Below, one piece after another: positions 41,463 through 53,000 of a stretch of 64,000 nt of DNA. Both the position numbers and the translations under genes were made by a program. This DNA is from Selaginella moellendorffii (taxonomy: Eukaryota; Plantae; Lycopodiophyta). Each line of letters begins with the position of its first letter. Within the stretch, counting starts at the first letter, position 1. The notes below the pieces were generated by a model, which made no database searches, was not told where the DNA came from, and saw only the letters and a program-made list of their open reading frames with translations. The DNA lies in the NCBI RefSeq assembly GCF_000143415.4, contig NW_003314410.1, positions 208,485 through 272,484 of the forward strand, in the 5' to 3' direction.

Positions 41463-41880
41463 TCAAGTAGCTTGCACTGGCGAGGAGCTCGACTGTTTGG
41501 ACATGAGATACGCTGTGAGAAGTGGCTCCACATTCCCGTCCATGATTCCACTGATATCCGACGTCTCCACGTTTGTTCTCAAATCATGTACGAGCCTGTA
41601 AGGATGGAAGACGTAGTTTCTTATTTCCTGCCCCCACTCCGCCTTGACAACGTCCCCTCGAATCTCTTTGATCTCGGCAGCCTTTTGCTCCTCGAGAATC
41701 ACCAGGAGCTTGGATTTGAGCAGCGCGATTGCTTTTATCTTGTTTTCGAGTTGGCTTCTTTCCTTTACAAACACAAAGAAAGTTTTAGAGAGCGCTGTGC
41801 GGTTACTTCGTTTCATGTACCTGAGCAGTGAAGAGCAATCCCGGTTGGAATGTGCGTGACATGAACAACAGTCTCGACCT
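41463..41880 (-). pseudogene. 3' exons of an organellar peptide chain release factor 2 (PrfB-like); upstream part absent
   Basis: VETVVHVTHIPTGIALHCS / ERSQLENKIKA...AEWGQEIRNYVFHPYRLVHDLRT.ETSDI..IMDG. An LTR lies 40 bp upstream and no GGQ exon is visible. Confidence 0.75.
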
Positions 41881-41920
41881 GCGTATGCTTATATCTCCGG
41901 AGAGAAAGGCACTGAAGAGG

Positions 41921-42055
41921 TGTGGATATTGGAAATCTATTGCTAGTAAGAAAACAAAAGAAAAAAGGGCCCGATCTCCAAGGGCTGAGAAGAAGGATGA
42001 GTGAAAGAATGCTATGTATTAATAAGAAAATGATGAATGGCGATGGGGATCCACA
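41921..42055 (-). repeat. Probable short (135 bp) 3' LTR of element A
   Basis: Termini TGTGGAT...ATCCACA, adjacent to the minus-strand polypurine tract AAAGGGGGGAA. Confidence 0.6.
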
Positions 42056-42168
42056 ATTTGGATTCCCCCCTTTGAAAGGCTAGTGGTTCTAACTGTTAGC
42101 ATATGCTAATGAATGGTATATGCTTGTATGATCTAATCTATGGCTCCGATGTAACCTTGGGTGCAAGG

Positions 42169-42990
42169 TCAAAGTCCCCTGAGCCTGGGTTTTTGGATGA
42201 TACACTCTGCTCCCCTAACAGAACTAGACACCATCCTCGGTGCGAACATATTTGTTGTTGCTGCTGCTGAAGTCGATAGAGGCTGCAGGAATGTAAGCTC
42301 GTGGTTGGGGACATTGTCTGGTGGATCTGTCCCATCTTCCTGGAGCTCGGCTACCTCAGCCAGGAGGGCGGTATGATCATCCTCGAGCTTCCGGTAGCAG
42401 GTGTTGAGCTCTTCGTATTTGAATTTGTAGGTGAATTCATGAGCTGCTGATGGGGTTGATGGCTGCTTGGAGACGATCTTCCTGATGTCCCAGAGGTCGA
42501 TGCAGATCTGCTTCATCTCCTCCGACTCTATAGCTCTGTAGACTTTTGCTGTCGCTGTGCGCTTGCTGATTGTGCGATCTGTTGGGCGAAGTTCATAGTA
42601 GAGGAGGGCTTTGAGGTGATTCAAATGCTGCTCGTCGATGTCCTCCCATGTGAGCTCACCGGTAATTTCTCAATTGTCCTTGATGATTTGCTGTGGAACT
42701 TCTCCTAAGAATTTGAGCAGTCCCTTATTGGAGATTTTGAAAATGGAGGCAATTCTTGCTGGCCTGAGGGTGATCTTGTTGGTGCCATCGGTTATGGTGC
42801 TGTTCTTGGGGTTGAAGGAGGCGGCCAACTTTCTTGCCAGTTTTTGGTCAGGGTGTGTTGAAAAGGCCTTGTGGAGGAGCTCGAATCCATCCTTGAGCCA
42901 GGTGGTTGTGTCGTTGCTTGGAAGCCTAGGAATATGGTGTATGATATCTGAGGCACTGGGGTGGATGAGCTGGCTTCTCTCTCTTCATTT
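42169..42990 (-). pseudogene. Extra sense ORF between integrase and 3' LTR of element A
   Basis: The 151-aa ORF extends upstream in frame through one TGA (..LARKLAASFNPKNSTITDGTNKITLRPARIASIFKI..), giving ~270 codons. Confidence 0.55.
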
Positions 42991-44906
42991 TCTGTGATTG
43001 AAGTGCTTGCCCCATTAGGGTTCTTGAGACCCGTAACTGTTGGTTGGCTGATCGTGTGGTGCTCGATTGCTGGTGATGAACAGTAGAGATTTGTTGACAG
43101 AATGACTTGGCTTGATTGAAGATCAATGGTGGAGATTGCTGATAAAGTTAACTCAAGTTCAACTGTTGAGAGCTGTTGATCCAACGGTAGGTTTGGACTT
43201 AGAGATTTTGTGGCTATTTGTTGCTAAAGTTGGTGGGCGAGTTTGTGTTGAGTCGAGTTGAGTTGTGTCTAACTGAGATGAGTTAAAGTTTGTCTGCTGG
43301 GGTGATTGTCGATTGTTGGTTTTAGGGTGTTTGTCGGTTCCGGTTGGAAATTTGCTAAGGTGCTGATGTTGAACATGTAGACGTGATATGGTCGAAGCTT
43401 GTTGAGGTTGACGATCTCAGTGAAGTCTTTGGCGAGTGTGCTGACTTTGGCGGTGCCATTGGGGTAGAGTGCAATGATTTTGAAAGGTCCTTCCCAATTG
43501 GTCTGGAGTTTTCAGCCAAGTTTGCCGATGGGTCCTTGGTACTAGAGAACATGATCGTTGACACTGTATTTCGGAATGTTGTGTGATGCTTGTAGCTTTT
43601 CTCTATTTTTGGATGGCGTGAAGTGTCCAGAGGGCATTGAGTCGGAGTTCGTCAAGACGTTCAAGTTGCTGAAGCCTTTCTCGAATTGCGTGTCGGGTGT
43701 CGAGATTATACTTGATGGTGACTTGCATGCTTGGGACAATGAATTCAATTGGCGTGATGGCTTCTGTTCTGAAGGCGAGTTTGAATGGCGTCATGTCGGT
43801 GGTGACTTTATATGCAGTTTGATAGCCCTAAAGTACATTGAGAAGTTTGTCGTCCCAATCTTTGCCGGAATCTTTGATGACTTTTTTGAGGATGGTCTTC
43901 AGTGTTTTGTTCATTGCTTCTGCTTGACCGTTGCCTTGAGGATAGTATAGTGTTGACATTTTGTGTCGGATTTTGAACTCGGTGGTGAGATGTTCGATTG
44001 TTTCATTGATGAAGTGGGTGCTTCTGTCGGTAATGAGTTCGAATGGTGTGCCGAAATGAGTGATGATATTTTCGTAGATGAAGGTTGTTGTTGCTTTCAC
44101 TGTGGCATGTCAGAGAGGTATTGCTTCGGCCCACTTGGTAGTGTAATCGGTGGCAATGACAATGTACTGATTTCGTCAACGGGTGCTGACTTGGGGTCCA
44201 ACGAAATCAAGTCCCCATTTCTGAAATGGTGCCATTGGAAATGTTGGGTTGAGTTGTTGAGTTTGAGTTTTTGGCAGTAATCAGTGTTGTTGACATGTGA
44301 TTGCAGAATTCTTCAGTGTCATGCCAGAGTGTCAGCCACTATAGGCCGGCTTCAAGAATCTTCCGAGTTGTGGTGTCGGTGGTGAAGTGTCCACCAGAAG
44401 GTCCATCGTGAGTTTCCTTGATGATTTGAGTTGTGCTTGGCAGCTTGATGCATAGGCAAAGAATGTTGTCGATGCCGCATTTGTAGAGAGTGCCTCCAAT
44501 GACTAAGTATCAGCGGGTTTTAGCAACAAAAGTCTTCTTTTGGTCAGATGTGGTGTACTGATCCGGAACTTTTGCTGAGTTCAGGTAACTAAAGACGTCG
44601 TCGAGCCAGGTTGCTAGTATTGAAACTCGGAATAGGTTTGAGTATTCTTGTAGTAAAAGGAACCATCTTGATATTCAACCACATAGTATCGGCTTGTTGA
44701 TGAGGTAAAGGAGTGCCTTGTGGTCGATGAAAAGGACGACTTTGGTTGACAATATGTAGTGTCGGAACTTTTGAAGTGAGTAGATCATGCCGACAGTTTC
44801 TTTCTTGGTGGTGGTGTAATTTTGTTCAGTTGGGTTGAGTAGTTGGCTGGCGTAGTAGATCGGTTGATCTCGGTTGTCATGTTGAGTTTGGCTGAGAATT
44901 GCGCTA

Positions 44907-45290
44907 TGTGAGACACAAAATCCCTAAGCCCCAAAGTGGAGCCAGAAAGGGTGCCATGTGGTAGTGGCCGAAGCGAAAGCCAAACGAGCGTAACACGTTT
45001 GGACTAAAAGCTCCGACTTGGAAGGTCGAGAGCGGGAGTGGAACACCCAACAAAGTGCTCGAGGAGCGAGCACGAGGCAACCAATAAGAAAGGCTCCAAA
45101 AAGGGGACCCAAAAGGGACCAACACATGACACGTGGAAGAGTCTGAGATGGACTGAGACGGAGTCCGAGATGGACCCGAGATGGAGTCCGAGATGGACCG
45201 AGATGGAGTCCGAGATGGAGTCCGAGATGGGGTCCGAGATGGAGTCCGAGATGGACCCGAGCTGGAGTCTGAGGTCGAGACCGAGACCGG

Positions 45291-45324
<34 letters not shown>

Positions 45325-46453
45325 AGGACTGAGACCGAGACCGAGACCGGGGCCAAGACCGGGACCGAGCCCGAGCCCGAGTCCGAGTCCGAGTCCGATT
45401 CCGAGTCTGAGTCCGAGTCCGAGTTCAAGTCCGAGTCTGAGAGGGTGAAAGCCCATTCGTCTCCCAGACCCTGGGGGGTTTGGTGAGCTCCAAAAGTATA
45501 GTAGAGGGGAGGACTGCAGTGGAGCCAGTTTGGCCAGGAAAGGCCAGTTTGGCCAGGAAAGGCCAATTTGGCCCAGGAAGGCCAGACCCAGTGTTGGGTG
45601 ATGAACTGACCACTGGGAAGTCCAAGACTAAAGTGAATACGGACCGACAAGCGGGGTAGCTTGGTGAAGTGTTCAAGAGCCGGCTCTAGTTCCCCCGGGA
45701 GATCGACTGGCCGATGCTCCCAGTCCAAGTGTGGGTGGCACTACTTACTTGGATACCAAGCGTGGTTTAACGGAACCTCACTCTAAGCCCATGGCTAGAG
45801 CACCTAAAGGTGGAAGGCGGGGAGAGTACCCATGGGGCTCACATAGGCCCACGGTGTTCCGAAATGTTGTCCCGGAGTCCTAAATGGGGGAAAGGAGGAA
45901 GAGCAGTCCTCTATTGTAGTGACTAAGGATACAGTCACATGGTGAGGAAGTCCCGGAGAACCATGAGACTTAGTGGTCGGGCCTATGGGCCTTGATCGAG
46001 TGGCAGTGTTGGCGAACATGGCCATGGACAAAAAAGGGACTTGGTAGGAACTAACAAAGGGATATTGGGGAAGGCTATTCCCCATGTCTGTGGGCATCCT
46101 AAGGATGCTAAGGAGTGGATTTGGGATAACCACCCATGGACGGATGGCCCAATCTTGGAGAGACGGGATTGTGATGCGAGTGGTATTGGACCACCAGTGC
46201 GGCAAAGGTGAATGGGCATGGCCTTAGCGTAATGGGCCAATATGTCAATGGTACCTTTGGGTGTCGGTCTTGGGACCGGACACGTGGAGCACTTGGACTA
46301 AGTGCAAGGGATGAGTGGCATGGATGCCATTCTCGGGGTTAGCAAGTCCCAAGTCCTGAATTGGACTTGAGCAGGGTGTGAAAGAGACTCCTCCAAGTGG
46401 TCGAAGGTGTGGTTAAATGACTAAAGTGGAATGGAAAAATTTAGTCGCTTACA
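44907..46453 (+). mobile_element. Solo LTR (1547 bp) of the element-C family inserted in the RNase H of element A
   Basis: TGTGAGAC...GCTTACA termini, TSD CGCTA/CACTA (one mismatch), homologous to 50073-51957. The host frame (DIATS|AILSQ) resumes across it. Confidence 0.92.
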
Positions 46454-46947
46454 CACTAGTGGCAATGTCGGAAGTGTCGACATGAATATGGAACTATTGT
46501 GTCCAGTCGAGCTTGGCAAGGATTGGTGCTGTTATGAGTTTGAGTCAGAGAGTGTCGAATGTTTGTTGCTGTTTGGACATCTATGTCCATTGAGCATCTT
46601 GCTTCAATCCGTCAGTGAGTGGTTTGGTACTTGTGGATGAAGCATCAGTGATATCCAACTTTGCCAAGGAAGCGTCGAAGTTCTTTCTGATTCTTCGGTG
46701 GTTCAAGTTTGGAGATGACGTCAATTTTGTCCTTATCGATGACAATGCCGTCTTTGCAGACAACGTGGCCGAGAAGTACTCCAGATTTGACGAAGAAAGC
46801 GCATTTGTCAGGGTTGAGTGCTATGTTGTTCTCTTTGCACTTGTTGAGGCATTTCTCAATGCATTCAAGATATCTATCTTCTCAGCTAAAAACGCTAAAG
46901 TAGTCCATGAAGACTCTCATGAAATTAGTGAGGTAGTCTTGGAAAGT

Positions 46948-47141
46948 TGTAAGCAACCAAAGGGAACAACTCGAGAAATGATCCATAGGATTCAAATACA
47001 AAGGGAAAGGGCCTATGAACAAGAGTGCACCCCCTTTTCCAATCGGTTAAGGGTCTTGGGATATTTGGGGTTAAGCATCCTTGGGTTTGAATAATACTGG
47101 GCTAGGTGACCTCTCGGGAAGTCCAAATTCAGGAGCTTACA
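46948..47141. mobile_element. 194-bp insertion (solo LTR of a short-LTR/TRIM-like family) in the RT of element A
   Basis: Termini TGTAAGC...GCTTACA with a perfect 5-bp TSD AAAGT on both sides; the RT frame (ITNTF|QDYL) resumes. Confidence 0.85.
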
Positions 47142-47185
47142 AAAGTGTTGGTGATAAGCCTTTGGAAGGTGAATGGGGCATTGCA

Positions 47186-47434
47186 GAGTTCGAAAGGCAT
47201 TCATCGGTAAGCATAGGCTCCCCATAGATTGATGAATACTGTCTTGTGCTAATCTTCTTCGGCAATGTGAGTTCGAAAGGCATTCATCGGTAAGCATAGG
47301 CTCCCCATAGATTGATGAATACTGTCTTGTGCTAATCTTCTTCGGCAATGTGAGTTCGAAAGGCATTCATCGGTAAGTATAGGCTCCCCATAGATTGATG
47401 AATACTGTCTTGTGCTAATCTTCTTCGGCAATGT
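47186..47434. repeat. Three 83-bp tandem copies of an RT segment
   Basis: GAGTTCGAAAGGCATTCATCGGTAAG...CTTCTTCGGCAATGT starts at 47186, 47269 and 47352. Confidence 0.93.
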
Positions 47435-50072
47435 GAATTTGGTTGTAGCCAGAGAAACTATCAAGGAAGGAGTACATCTCGTGTCTGGCAACTGCATCAA
47501 AAACTTCGTCGGTAAATGGTATCGGGAAGGCATCTCTTTCGATGGCGTCATTGAGTTGTTTATAGTTGACGCAAATTCAAAGTTTGGCATTTTTTTTCGG
47601 CACAACCACCAGTGGGGAAAGCCAAATCGGATTCTGAATCGGGTAGATGTACTCGACTTGGAGAAGCTTGTCAAGTTCTTTCTTTACTTGTTCCATTAGA
47701 TTTGGATTCATCCGGTAGGCTGCTTGTCTTCTTGATTTTGAGTCTGGAAGAAGGATGATGGTGTGAAGGCTGAGTTTTGGTGAAACTCCCTTAAGGTCTC
47801 GGTAACTCCAAGCGAACAAGTGTTTCTTCTTTCGGAGAAGATTGATGCCTTTGTCTCGAAAACTTGCTAAGATGTCAGTGGCAAGTACAATATAGTGTTT
47901 GTTGTTGTCGTCGGCGAGGCTGACTTTTTTGAGTTTTTGGTCGGCTGGAATTGATGGAATGTAGGCAACTTTGTTGTGGTTGTCGATTGTGAATGCTGCT
48001 GGGGCTTCGAGTTTTGTATCTCGAGTGACTGGATTTTTCAATGCTGATGTAATTGGTGGTCGTTCTCGTTGGAAGTCGGCAATGATTCGGAACAGGTCAA
48101 TCTTGGCCAAAGGTTTGAGATCGGGGTAGGCTTTGAGAATTTGTTGTTCTTCATAGTCATTGAGGCCATCTTTGAGATTATATTCTTCCAAGTCAATAGG
48201 TCAGTTGTGGCTGGACAGTGATTTGGTTGCTTTTGTTGACACAATTGTCAATCTGTCCTATCCTCGAAGGATAAGATTGTTGTTGGGCTAGTCTTGATAA
48301 ACTTTGGCAGTTCAGAGCCAAGGTCGACTGAGGAGAATCAAGTATCCATTGGTCTGCTCTGGTAGTTTGAGGACAACATAGTTGACTGGTATTTCAACAC
48401 CTTGAATGGTGGTGTTGACTTTTCAAATGATGCCTTTGGGTTGAACAGATAGGTGGTCGGCCAATTGGACATTGAAAGATGCCAGGTGGACTGGGCCGAT
48501 GTTGAGTTGTTGATCAAGACTTTCTTCAATAATATTGACGTTGGAGCCACCGTCAATTATGGCTCCTTGAACAAGGTGTTTGTCTAGTCGTAGGTCGATT
48601 GTCAAAACATCATTGTCACAATCGCTTGGTTGAATCTCAGTTCAAAATGTGTTGATAGATGTCCGTGTCGGGTTGAGTGTGGGCGAGTCTGTCAAAGTGT
48701 TGGTCGATGCAGATGTCAGATCGGTGAGCTGTTTGGTGGGGTAGGGTGCAATCTTCAGTAGTTGGCCAACAGTGATTTGAATATTTTGGTTGAGGATAGT
48801 CTCTGCTACTTCTTGGATTTCCTCAAAGTTTGCCAGATTGTGTTCTGGTGTTGGTGTCAATGTCGGACAATTTGTCTGTCAGTTTTTTTGGTATTGAGTC
48901 TTTGGCATTGTTGTCAAGCTTGCGATGGTTGAGCTTCATTGTCGGAGTCTAAAATCACTAATTTGGGTGGTGTAGAGTGAGTTGCCATTGTATCTTGGTG
49001 GCTAACTTCTGCTTCTTTTTCCATTCCTGGAGTTTTGTCCAGCTCTTCGGGCCCTGCTCTTCATTATCTCCAGAATCTCTGTCCGGTTGATGTTGTTTTT
49101 CTGCTCGAATTTGTGCTCAGGTTTGTACTGCTATGACTTGAGGATCGGAGTTTTCATTGTCAGCATAAGGTAGTTCGTCGGTCTCGACCATCCTTGTTGT
49201 TAGTGGTTGCTGCTGGTTCTGATCTTGTTGTCGAGGAGGCGGCAGACCAAGTCTTAGTGGACCGCCTTGGTTTTGAAGTCGAGGTTGCCATGGCCTATTG
49301 TTGTAGTTGCCTTGGTAGCCGTAGTCTTGATAACTTTGGCCTTGGTATCTTTGGTTCTGGTATCTTGGGTATTGTTGGTATCCTTGGTTGTAGTTGTCTC
49401 AGTTTGCCGGGTAGTTCTGGTTCAGCGGGTATTGTCGATCATTGTAGTTGTTGTTGTAATCATTGTTGTAATTGTTGTAGTTGTTGTAGTGAGGTTGATC
49501 ATTTCACTGTCAACTCATTTGTTGGAAGTTGTTTCTTGGCAGTCTCCAATTTGTCGGAGGTGGTGCCAGGTAGTTTTCGAAGTATTGATTTGGATATGGT
49601 TGTCGAAACTGTTGTTGAGGATAGTTCAAGATTTGTTGAACTTCTGGAGAATTTCAAAATCTGCAAGTCTTGGCATCATGACCTTCTTTGGCACAGATCT
49701 GGCATTTGGAGATTTGGAGCTTGCAGTCACTTGCCGGATGTCCTTCATTCTTGCACTTAGTGCACCAAATTCCTGATCAAAATTCTTTGATGTCAGCCTT
49801 GGCTTTTCTCTTGAGCTTGTCGATTGTTTTCCTAAGTTTCCAAAGTTTGACTTGGCACTCTGTCGCGAATGTGACTTCGGGTATCGAAAGATACTTGTCG
49901 ACCGGTCCTTACGGACACTCTTTCCTTACTGCCATGACGGCTGGAGGTCGGTACTGCTGGTTCCCTTTATTGGCCCCTCTTGTTCAAGTGTTAGTAAACT
50001 AGACTTAGCATCTGTACTTGGCCGGATGAGCATAAGGACGGAATTCCTAAGTGTCTATTTGGCCAAGCATAC

Positions 50073-53000
50073 TGTGAGACACAAAATCCCTAGGCCCCAA
50101 AGTGGAGCCGGAAGGGCGCCACATGGTAGTGGCCGAAGCGAGAGCCAAATGAGCGTAACACGTTTGGACCAAAAGCTCCAACTTGAAAAGTCAAGAGCGG
50201 GAGTGGAACTCCCAACGAAGTGCTCGAGGAACGAGCACGAAGCGAGAAAAAGGCAAGGCTCCAAAAAGGGACCCAAAAGGACCAACACATGACACGTGGG
50301 AGTGTCCGAGATGGACTCGAGTTGGAGTCCAAAGTGGAGTCCGAGATGGACCCGAGTTGGAGTCCGAAATGGAGTCCGAGATGGACTCGAGTTGGAGTCC
50401 AAAGTGGAGTCCGAGATGGACCCGAGTTGGAGTCCGAAATGGAGTCCAAGATGGACTCGAGTTGGAGTCCGAAGTGGAGTCCGAGATGGACCCGAGTTGG
50501 AGTCCGAAATGGAGTCCGAGATGGACCCGAGATGGAGTCCGAGATGGAGTCCGAAGTGGAGTCCGAGGTGGACCCGAGATGGACCCGAGTTGGAGTCCGA
50601 AGTGGAGTCCGAGATGGACCCGAGATGGAGTCCGAGATGGAGTCCGAGATGGAGTCCGAGGTGGACCCGAGATGGACCCGAAATGGAGTCCGAGATGGAG
50701 TCCGAGATGGACCCGAGATGGAGTCCGAGATGGAGTCCGAGATGGACCCGAGATGGAGTCCGAGATGGGGTCCGAGATGGAGTCCGAGATGGAGTCCGAG
50801 ATGGAGTCCGAAGTCAAGACCGAGACCGGAACCGAGACCGGGACCGAGACCGAGACCGAGACCGAGATCGGGACCGAGACCGAGACCGAGGCCGAGGCCG
50901 AGACCGAGCCCGAGCCCGAGTCCGAGTCCGAGTCCGAGTCCGAGTCCGAGTCCGGAGCCTGAGAGGGTGAAAGCCCAAAGCGTTCGTCTCCCAGACCCTG
51001 GGGGGTTTGGTGAGCTCCAAAAGTATAGTAGGGGGAGGACTGCAGTGGAGCCAGTTTGGCCAGGAAAGGCCAGTTTGGCCCAGGAAGGCCAGACCCAGTG
51101 TTGGGTGAGGAACTGACTACTGGGAAGTCCAAGACTAGAGTGAATACGGACCGACAAGCGGGGTAGCTTGGTGAAGTGTTCAAGAGCCGGCTCTAGTTCC
51201 CCCGGGAGATCGACTGGCCGATGCTCCCAGTCCAAGTGTGGGTGGCACTACCTACTTGGATACCTGGTGTGGCTCAATGGAACCCGCTCTAAGCCCATGG
51301 CTAGAGTACCCAAGGGCAGAAGGCGAGGAGAGTACCCAGGTGGCTCGCGTAAGGCCACGGTGTTCCAAAATGTTGTCCCCAAGGCCCAGACTGTGGAAAG
51401 GAAGAGGAGCAGTCCTCTGGGGTAGTGACCAAGGACACAGTCGTGTGGTGAGGAAGTCCCAGAGGACCGTGGGACTTAGTGGTCAGGCCTGTGGGTCTCG
51501 ATCCAGTGGCAGTGTTGGCAAACACGGCCAGGGGCAGAAAGGGACTTAGTGGGGACTGACAGAGGGATATTGGGGAAGGAAATTCCCCAGGTCTGTGGGC
51601 ATCCTAAGGATGCTAAGGAGTGGATCTAGGATGACCACTCGTGGACAGATGGCCCAGTCTTGGAGAGACGGGATTGTGATGCAAGTGGTATTGGACCACT
51701 AGTGCAGCAAAGGTGAATGGGCATGGCCTTAGCGTAACGGGCCGAGATGTCAGTGGTACCTTTGGGTGTCGGTCTTGGGACCGGACACGTGGAGCACTTG
51801 GACCAGGTGCAAGTGTTGAGTGGCATGGATGCCATTCTTGGGGCTAGCAAGCCCCAAGTCCTGAATTGGACTGATGGAAGTTGTGAATGAGACTCCTCCA
51901 AGTGGTCGGAGGTGTGGTTAAGTGACTAAAGTAGAATGGAAAATTTAGTCGCTTACAATTTGGTATCGGAGCTGTTCCTTAGTCCGACTTTTATTGGTGC
52001 TCAAGTATATCACCACTAGTGTTGGCATCGGAAGGTCCAAGGAGTGGGCCTATCCTTGAGAAGTAGCAAGTCGGGAAGACATGGCTCTCCATTACAGTTC
52101 ATGTGTGAACTTGTAGACGAGGTGGTGGATAGAAAAGGGCCAATAATGGAACGACTTTGGGATCTTGGGAACAGTGCAAGGTTTTCCTCATTGAGTTGAG
52201 GATGTGATCCGGATGAGCATTTGTCTCAGCAAATTGGCTTAGGTTGTTGTGGTAAACAACTAAAGTTGGGATCACGGGAAAGATAGAGACTCCAAAACAA
52301 TAAAGGAGTCACAAGATTATCCTCATATAGTTGAGGTTGGTGCTCATGAATGTGAGACCAAAGGTAATGACCGTGGAAGGTCAAATACGGAAGAGTCCTT
52401 GAAATGGTAGCCGGGGCTACCTCTAATAAATGCTGGAACAACCCAAGGAGTTGGGGGTGTATTAAGTGGATGAGTTGGTATTCTCATCACATGGACAAGT
52501 AGTTCTAAGGGGCAAAGGTTGCCCCCAGAGAACAAAATCAAGTGTCGGAGTAACACTTGTGAAAATAGTCCTTTTGAGTAGGACCGGAATGCAAGAAGTG
52601 TATTCCAGTGAGCTAGTGCCTCACAAGTAGGACCTACGGGTCTGTGGATTAACCAAGTCCAAAACTGTTGGATGACTCAAGTAGAGTCAAGGGATGGTCC
52701 TAAAAGGACTGATGGAAGCATTTGGACTGAGGTGTGTTGTACCCCACAAAGGATGGGGGGGGATCATAGGATCCAAGGATGAGAACAGAGGGTATCTCAT
52801 CGATGGCAAAATGTGCCATGCGAAAGTTATGGGAAAGGTGTTCCCAAAAGAAAACAACTTTGAAACAAAGTTGTGTGTGACCTTTATGGTGCAGTGCTAA
52901 CGGATGGTTGGCATAAGAAAGAGTGGTATTGGTCTTGGCAAAGACTTAGACACAAAGAAGAAGTGTCATAGAGGTAGGCTCGTGGAGCCGATGGTGTGGA

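Larger units (their letters stand above)
41921..49860 (-). mobile_element. Decayed Ty3/gypsy non-chromovirus retrotransposon (element A; Athila/Selgy-like), host to several nested insertions
   Basis: On the minus strand: N/T-rich gag region (48900-49860), protease AIIDGGSNVNI, RT (SPLVVVPKKN, MPFELCNAP.TFQR, RVFMDYF), RNase H (YYASQLLN..EQNYTTT), integrase (GGHF, KWGLDFVGP, YYPQGNGQAE, WEGPF), purine tract at ~42065. Many stops. Confidence 0.9.

Noticed and set aside
50300-50955. Repeat array superficially like a CRISPR
   Set aside because: No unique spacers, eukaryotic context and no cas genes; it is an LTR minisatellite.
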